Source: Eukaryota sp. TZLM1-RC (Eukaryota; Protista; Metamonada: BaSk clade). From it: a stretch of DNA of 64,000 nucleotides. The position numbers and the translations under genes are program-made. This document shows positions 57,501-64,000 of the stretch, piece after piece; positions within the stretch are counted from its first letter, which is position 1; each line of letters begins with the position of its first letter. The stretch is from assembly GCA_040285825.1 (NCBI GenBank), contig JAUPSS010000007.1, positions 520,501 to 584,500 on the forward strand. The letters are read 5' to 3'. The notes below the pieces were generated by a model. That model was not told the DNA's origin and ran no database searches. It was given only the letters and a program-made list of their open reading frames with translations.

Positions 57501-58369
57501 GCTACCTTTGTAAAGCTGCCTTTATTGGAGGTGGACAGAATTTTATTTATGAATTTGTAAATCGTTTTCCTGAAAAAATCAATCTCATTGAAATTTGTGG
57601 CAGCTCTTATCTTATTTCTTTGCAACAGGAAATTGAAACTCTTTCACCCAATATTTGGGCTTAATGTTTCCCCTCTGATATTGTGGAACTTCCTTCAAGA
57701 AGCTTGCTGTCCTTACCACTGACTTTTGCAAAATTGCAGAAAATAATCTTGAAAGTTTTAGAAAACTTGGATTTTAATGTACGTCTAAGCTTGGCTAAAG
57801 AAAAAAATCCCGCTTTTGCAAACTTTTTGATTGATCTTAAAGACAGTTGCTCACGTTGCCTAATCTCCCAAATTCCCAACATTTATGGCCTTCTACTTAA
57901 TGATCACCAATGGACCACTGCAATGAGAATGAGGTGTTTTCTATGGCCTTGTTCATTACCAAATGATTTAATTTGTCGCTGCAAGAGTGTTGTTACGCTT
58001 TCCCATATTTTAAACTGTACGTATTTTATAACTTATCGCTCAATTGTTCATGACTCAGTTCGTGATCAATTATATGCCATGTGCAAAAGTTTCAATATAA
58101 AGGCATTTATTGAGCCACTAGTACGTAAGCTGTCTTCAGATCAAACTGATGATTCCTTTGGTAAAAGAAGGGCAGATTTAGTAGCTCCAGGGATCGATGG
58201 TGTTCTCAATGTAGTAGATGTTGTCTCAGTTGATGTTTGCAAAAATTCTGCTGCTCGTTTAGTGTATTCCGCTGATTCGCCGTTATCTAACGCCGAAAGT
58301 TGCCGAAAAAAGAAGATAAAAAAATATGAAGAACCTTTGGCACAGTTAGGTAGAGTGGAACATGTGAAA
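54520..58369 (+). repeat. Tandem triplication, 1282-bp unit (flank, AAT/AAC microsatellite and most of a family B RLE fragment)
   Basis: ORF starts are offset by exactly 1282 (54720/56002/57284 and 55119/56401/57683). Units start at gaaactgttcag (54520, 55802, 57084). Only a few SNPs separate them. Confidence 0.97.
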
Positions 58370-58660
58370 TTTCAGTTTTTGTGGTTTGCAATTTCTCTTT
58401 TTGGCAATATTGGACCTTCAGGGTTGCACTTTTTTGAAAATTTAAAAAAAGTGTTACTGAATAGGTCTGGTAAAACAATGAACTCCACTTTCTGGTTAAA
58501 TAGAATTGTTTTTTGCATTTTCAACTCTATTCCAACAATGATTTCAAAGGCACTTTTAGCTATTGGTGCAGAATATGAACGTAATGCTGTGAGTAGGTTC
58601 AGTAATAGTGACGCTTGTTTGGAGGATATTGAATTCTAGATGGGTTTTTTATCTCAATAA
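57470..58660 (+). mobile_element. Best-preserved 3' half of RLE non-LTR family B
   Basis: 318-aa ORF with CRCKSVVTLSHILNC knuckle, VHDSVRD, RADLV, VVDV and KIKKY. Confidence 0.9.
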
Positions 58661-58703
58661 ATATTCCAGTTTTAAAAAAAACAATAAGGTTTGTTAAAAA
58701 ATT

Positions 58704-58834
58704 CAGTGCAGTTGATTAACCAAATCAGTTCAAACTATTTGTGTAAATTCAGTTTAGTTCAAATTCAGTTTGGTTTAAATTCAGTTCAGTTTAAATTCAG
58801 TTTGGTTTAAATTCACAGTTTATGCATTGCACTG
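58704..58834. repeat. Short element with CAGTGCA/TGCACTG ends enclosing 16-bp tandem repeats (aaattcagtttggttt)
   Basis: About five imperfect 16-bp units at 58745-58815. The ends look hAT-like, but no TSD was seen. Confidence 0.5.
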
Positions 58835-59249
58835 AACCGTTGTTAACTGGTAGATTGTTTCATTCATTATTTACCAAACATAATGAACCATGGAACAATT
58901 TATTTCAGTAATCTAATTTTACTAAGTACTACAAGTCAACTTTTTGTGGAGTTAACTATTAACAATGAACTCTATTTTGTTTCTCTGAAAGTTTGTTTCG
59001 ATTTCGATTTCAAATATTTCTTGATGTTTGTCAAACATCTGTGGTAACAAAAAATTGTGTTTAGCTCAAGTATTGCAGAACAAAGGACTCTGTAAAAACA
59101 ATATAGGAATTAACGTGATGAATTGTATGCGAGATTCAACAATCCTGAACTTAAATCCTTGAAAAAATCATATGAATGCTGAATGTGAGGAAATGTTGGT
59201 GAAATGAGGTATTGAATTCATTTTAAATGCTTGTGTTGGTGTAATAACT

Positions 59250-59727
59250 GTGATTGAATTGATAATTCTGAAGCTATTGTTGACTTTGTCTCATGTAATG
59301 TTACAAATGATACTTTGGTTCACAGAAGAAAACTTAATCCTGTGGCTGCTCTGAAGTTTAAAGCAAAAGAGAAACATAGAAAATATGATAAAGATATTGA
59401 AGAGGCTAATGTCGATAGAATTACACAGCTGGTTTTTATTGCTTTTCCATTTTCGATAAACGGAAGATTATCAGTTGAAGCAGAAATTTGTTTGAATGAC
59501 TTCCAAAAAATGGTGCAAGAAAAAACAATGAAAAAATTTGATATATTTTTATGGCGCTCACGGATTCAATTTGCCATTATTAATAGATTATCACGGTTTT
59601 TCAATCGAATAAGAGAAGCTTTAGCTAGACAGCAAGCAGATCAAGATTTTGTAGAGGAAATCTTGGTTCAATGATAGTCGTCCCATTGGTATTGAGTTAA
59701 TTTAATTAAGTGTGCAAATTCAATAAA
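59250..59727 (+). mobile_element. 5'-truncated RLE non-LTR family A
   Basis: 119-aa RLE tail and the conserved 3' UTR ending AATAAA. Confidence 0.92.
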
Positions 59728-59984
59728 CACAAAAAATGTTGGTGTAACCAAAAGGAAAAAACTGACCATGTTAAAGCAGTCAAAATTCCACAAATGTATT
59801 CAAGGTCAAAGTTCGGTGAATCATTGTAAAAATTTACACCGAAATTTGATAGAAAAGGAACAAAAAACGACACAATGTACCCTTTATGACTATTATGGCA
59901 CTTAACCTGGTGATGATGCAAAATTCACAGAGAGAAGGAAAAAACTTACTAATAACGACAAAGAAAACAACAGAAAGAAGTTGA

Positions 59985-60557
59985 TTAGAGGAGGAGACCA
60001 TCATAGCGGGTCTTGAACCATTCTTGTGCGTCTGACTTGGTAATGCGATGTCTGGTAGCAACACGTCCCTTGGCGTGCTTCTTCTTTGACACACGGAATC
60101 CGGGACGCTTTAAGACAACGTAGAAATCCATACCATAAATACCAGTGGAAGGATCGTACTTGAGACCAAGATCGATGTGTTCTTCAATACCGAAACCAAA
60201 GTTACCGGTGTCAGAGAAGTTCTTAGCAAGAAGTTCGTATTCCTTAACACGGAGACCTCTTTCTAGAAGCTCTTCGGCACGGGATCCACGAACAGTGACG
60301 TGGGTGGCAATAGTTTCGTTTCTACGGATACCAAAACCTCTGATGGTGAGACGGGCTGTGATGAGTGTTTAGAAAGAAACAATACCATCAGTAGTGACAG
60401 GGGTTTGACCAGTGAGCTGTTCAAGAACCTTGACAGCACGAGTGAGACGATCTCCAGCCTCACCGACACCAATATTGAGGACTAACTTCTCAATAACGAT
60501 TTGGCGCATGGGGTTTTGTGCAGACTAATGGTAAGTACATAGGGAAGGACAAACCAT
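59985..60557 (-). CDS. RPL11: 60S ribosomal protein L11 (uL5), two 30-nt introns (60525-60554, 60356-60385)
   Basis: The spliced translation [43 protein letters not shown]...FGIRRNE...[36 protein letters not shown] is unmistakable. The gene is missing from the ORF track. Confidence 0.98.
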
Positions 60558-61209
60558 TTGAATTGGTGGAAAAAGGGGTGATTTTGCATTTTCTTTGCTT
60601 CTCCGTATACTCTAGAGGTAAACATGATTTTCAGTGTTGTGTGATCATCAGTTCCATGTTCATACATTACCACATTGTTCAGTAAGAGGTCACATACTCT
60701 GAAGATTTCTGTAGACGATACTGCTTGTGTACATTGACATTTTTGTGACAATACTTGTTCTTTCCACGATCGTTGCTCTCGAACGGCTCAATGATCCTTC
60801 ATTGTTTACATTTTGTTTATTGTTATTGAACAACCAATAGCTCTATTACAACCACTTTTTCAAAGTTAATTTATTATCTTTGTTAATACAAGGTTTTCTT
60901 ATATATCTTTCCTCCCAGAAATATAGAAAACTTGTCTTTGCTAAATGTTGCAAGTGTGGTTGTTCAAATGATTTATGTTCAATTCCAAGTAGACCAGACA
61001 AGACTAGAATAATGACAATAGCAAGTTTGTTAGTACATAACAATTATATCCAAAGTGGACTCAAATCTAACGTGTCTGTAACAACTACAAGTAGTGATAA
61101 CAAAATATCAAAACAATCCAATAAACAACATATCTTCCCACATAAGATACATTCTGTCATGGTAATGGATTGCAAAAACCACCATAAAAGTAAAAGCTCC
61201 ATATGTGAA

Positions 61210-61644
61210 CTAATGAAAATCATAGTATTCATCGACATTGTAGGTTATGGGTTGCTTGACACTTTGTGAAGCAGAACGTGTAACTGGCACCATAGGTGGT
61301 GACTTCGGCTTTGGAGCTGGCTGTTCGGGCTTGGTTTCTGTTGGAGTATGTCGGTTTTTGTGAAGATACTCCAATTGTGAATAACTAAGTGATGATTTCT
61401 CAGTAGATTCTGGTTCATAAGAGGTCTTAACAACGCGCTTTTTCTTTCGCAAGGGACGTGTTTCTTGCTGAGAAGGCTCTGTTGTCGCAATTGCTGCTTG
61501 TTGGGCTGTTGAAAGAATGTTCTCTTGACGCTTTTTGAAAGGATTTTCAACAGGAGGAGGCAACCTTGTGACTGTGTTCAAGTACTTTGGGTCATCCTCT
61601 GCCCAAAGATTGTCTGGATCTTCAAAGGTTGGTAATGATTGCAT
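61210..61644 (-). CDS. Hypothetical 144-aa disordered protein divergent from the intact transposase
   Basis: ATG-to-stop ORF, Pro/Lys/Glu-rich, with NLS-like RPLRKKKR, 145 bp from the transposase ATG. Confidence 0.45.
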   Translation of the reverse strand: MQSLPTFEDPDNLWAEDDPKYLNTVTRLPPPVENPFKKRQENILSTAQQAAIATTEPSQQETRPLRKKKRVVKTSYEPESTEKSSLSYSQLEYLHKNRHTPTETKPEQPAPKPKSPPMVPVTRSASQSVKQPITYNVDEYYDFH

Positions 61645-61789
61645 ATATGGCTTTGAAATGTGTAAATCTGTGGGAAAAAAATCTCTTCGGACAACCTGTG
61701 TAATTCACCTGTGGTCAATAATAGGTGAATTTTAATTCTCACCTCACAAATTTCTCACATCTTCTTTTTACTGTCCTTTATTCACTTCT

Positions 61790-62887
61790 ATGGGGGCCAC
61801 TATCGACTTATTGTTGTCTGGTAATGATCTTAGGCGCCTCAAAGTACACGCTAGCGAAGACACAAAGATTCGTGCGGTGTACACCTTAGTCTTCCTTGAG
61901 AAAACACAACAAGACGTTGCTGAATACTACTGCGTTGCACAGTCTACGGTATCGACTTGGTTACGCCAAGTATTTCCTAGTTCTGAATCTACTCCCAATC
62001 CTACATCACGCAATCTCTTCCAAACTCCTTCATCTCGTCACAAACTAAACGAAACAGCGTCCTCATTTATCCTCCAACTTGTGAAAGAACAACCTCTCCT
62101 TTTTTTACGCGAAATACGTAAGCTAGTTTTTACAAAATTTCACAAGAAAGTTAGTGTAACAACTGTGCACAGATTACTTATCAAAAACAATTTTACTCAC
62201 AAAAAATGTGGTAATTTGATGAGACGAGCCAAAAAAGAACTGATTCATAACTTTGAATTAAGTTTTCGAAGACTTTTTGGTGTTGTAATTCAACAACAAT
62301 TATTATTTATTGACGAAGTTTCGTTTAAATCAGAACACTTTGTGAGAAAAACTTGTTGGAGCCCTAAGGGAGTTCCAATTAATACTGAAAGACCGAACTT
62401 CAAGGAAGGGCAGGTGAGTCTCATGGTGGCAATTGATGTCAATGGACTAGTGATGTTTCATATAAAACAGGGTCATTTTGATCGCACAGGATATGTAAGT
62501 TTTCTACAAGATTTACTGCATCATAAATTATTATCAATTGAAGGAGGAGCTAGATCAATAGTGGTTGTTGATGGATGCAATATTCATAAAAGTGCATACA
62601 TTTTCAGGGCTGTAAAATTGGCTGGCTTAAAATATTTGATTTTACCACCGTATTCTCCTGATTGTAACCCAATAGAAGCGTTTTTTGGTCTGCTTAGAAG
62701 AAAAGTCAGAGACAATTCGTTACACAGCCCACTGCAAGGTGTGAATCTTTTACAGCAGCTATTACGTACAATGAATTTTAATTGCAGCAATTTATTTGAC
62801 CATAGTGGCTGGAAGGATTTTTGCCCATTCAGATCACCATACTTGCATGGTATAAAGGCAAACTTTTTCAAAGATCATTTGGATTGA
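61790..62887 (+). CDS. Intact IS630/Tc1-like DD34E transposase (copy 3)
   Basis: 365 aa. HTH QQDVAEYYCVAQSTVSTW and a second HTH LREIRK...VSVTTVHRLL. Catalytic FIDEVSF, VVVDGCNIH and PPYSPDCNPIE, with 34 residues between D and E. Confidence 0.95.
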   Translation: MGATIDLLLSGNDLRRLKVHASEDTKIRAVYTLVFLEKTQQDVAEYYCVAQSTVSTWLRQVFPSSESTPNPTSRNLFQTPSSRHKLNETASSFILQLVKEQPLLFLREIRKLVFTKFHKKVSVTTVHRLLIKNNFTHKKCGNLMRRAKKELIHNFELSFRRLFGVVIQQQLLFIDEVSFKSEHFVRKTCWSPKGVPINTERPNFKEGQVSLMVAIDVNGLVMFHIKQGHFDRTGYVSFLQDLLHHKLLSIEGGARSIVVVDGCNIHKSAYIFRAVKLAGLKYLILPPYSPDCNPIEAFFGLLRRKVRDNSLHSPLQGVNLLQQLLRTMNFNCSNLFDHSGWKDFCPFRSPYLHGIKANFFKDHLD

Positions 62888-62998
62888 ATAAAGTTTTGAT
62901 TAAAAATGTATTAAAAATAAAACAGTTTTAATTGATTTTGTATTGAAAATAAAAAAAAGAACTTTTATCTTCAAAAAACCAATACTATTGTACTACTA

Positions 62999-63483
62999 TT
63001 AATCAGTATGCTGAGTGTCTTCCGCAGCAGCCACTCTTTTGAAAGCTTCATTTACGTCACTGGATAAGGCAGCTTCTGAACTAGTTCTTTTACCCAAGCT
63101 GATAACAAAACAATTTAACTTCTTGAGAAAAGTAGACTCAAGTACATCAAGTAATTCAAGTACTTGTTCTCTAATCTTGAATAATTGAGCGGCTGAATAT
63201 TGAGCTACCTGTTCAGCCAATTCAACCGAAAACAGATTGTTTTTTGCATCACCCAGGAAGGGTATGATGGACTCAGGAATCCTGGTGATGCTTCCCTTTC
63301 CCTCGTTGATTATCTCCAACCAAGTGTTCCACAGGTGGTCAGCAAGTACCACCTTGTGACTGTTTCAACGTCTTGGTATAGAAGACTGATGGTAGTAGCA
63401 CCAAAACGTCGAGCTCCAGAAACTAGATAGTAATAAAGTTGGATTTGTACGGAATTGGGTGTACCAGATGCAACTAAAGACAT
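62999..63483 (-). pseudogene. Uncharacterised partner gene convergent with transposase copy 3 (internal deletion and frameshift near 63352)
   Basis: From ATG 63483: MSLVASGTPNSVQIQLYYYLVSGARRFGATTISLLYQDVE, then in another frame VLADHLWNTWLEIINEGKGSITRIPESIIPFL...FVISLGKRTSS. Aligns with 17361-18184. Confidence 0.7.
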
Positions 63484-64000
63484 AATATTTATGAAAGTGA
63501 ATGAAATGTGAGGTGAATGTGAAAGAGGGAGTGATATCTATTTGAGATGAAATTCACACTAAAATTCAGGTTCAACAGGGTATTTGATCAAACAGTGTTG
63601 ACCTAAATAATAACAATAGCTAAGCTGAGACAACTGGCTCTACCATTTAGTGCCCCGACTGTAGGTGAAATGAAATCAGCTCGGATAATTTTCAAGTTTC
63701 ATGCTACCTCAGCCAACATGTCCATAAATCAATGAACGATGAGCTTGATCAAATTGGTTTTTGAATGTACACCTCGATGGAACACATTATTTAGCCTATC
63801 GATCGTGAAAAATTGAATTATATTGAATTCAAGAACTCCATTTGAAGTGATTAAAGACAGGGTTCTTTGATCTGTTTCTAATTAATTCTGATGCAGTTGA
63901 TCAATGCAATTCGATCACCTCAAGTGGTCTTCCATTGTCAGGAAGCTCAACGATGACCAGGAACTCACTCTTGACAAATATCCTATCTTTAATTTTAATA

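Noticed and set aside
60145-60485. Listed ORFs at 60145, 60263 and 60300
   Set aside because: They are shadow frames of the spliced RPL11 gene.
62999-63483. Partner ORFs as Fanzor/TnpB RNA-guided nucleases
   Set aside because: No RuvC D-E-D motifs and no CxxC...CxxC finger are visible in any of the three copies, and the longest is only about 270 codons.
60600-64000. Terminal inverted repeats for the intact DD34E element (e.g. cacgatcg near 60775 and 63800)
   Set aside because: The match is only ~8 bp with no TA duplication. The true end may lie outside the window.
1-64000. tRNA, rRNA, spliced-leader or telomeric repeats
   Set aside because: None recognised by eye. tRNAscan-SE or Infernal would be needed to exclude small RNAs.

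Overview
AT-rich eukaryotic DNA from a protist. It uses the standard genetic code and has very short (29-40 nt) spliceosomal introns whose branch point sits at a nearly fixed distance from the 3' splice site, which resembles metamonads (inference). Host genes are sparse: a DDHD phospholipase, a FAM194-like protein, an RCC1-LRR chimera, a long-chain acyl-CoA synthetase, an equilibrative nucleoside transporter, a 1450-aa C2H2 protein, a kinase-like/Sel1 gene and RPL11 (uL5). Much of the rest is transposon debris: two families of RT/restriction-like-endonuclease non-LTR elements (more than 12 fragments, one inside a 3 x 1282 bp tandem array), hAT, two Mutator elements, Ty3/gypsy remnants, and a 1.39-kb LTR element with 77-78 bp LTRs. 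The strongest candidate for an undescribed system is a DD34E IS630/Tc1-like transposon present as three diverged copies, one with an intact transposase. Each copy carries the same uncharacterised convergent partner gene, and a degenerate tyrosine-recombinase-like ORF lies beside two of them. All homology calls are from manual motif reading; no database search was run.
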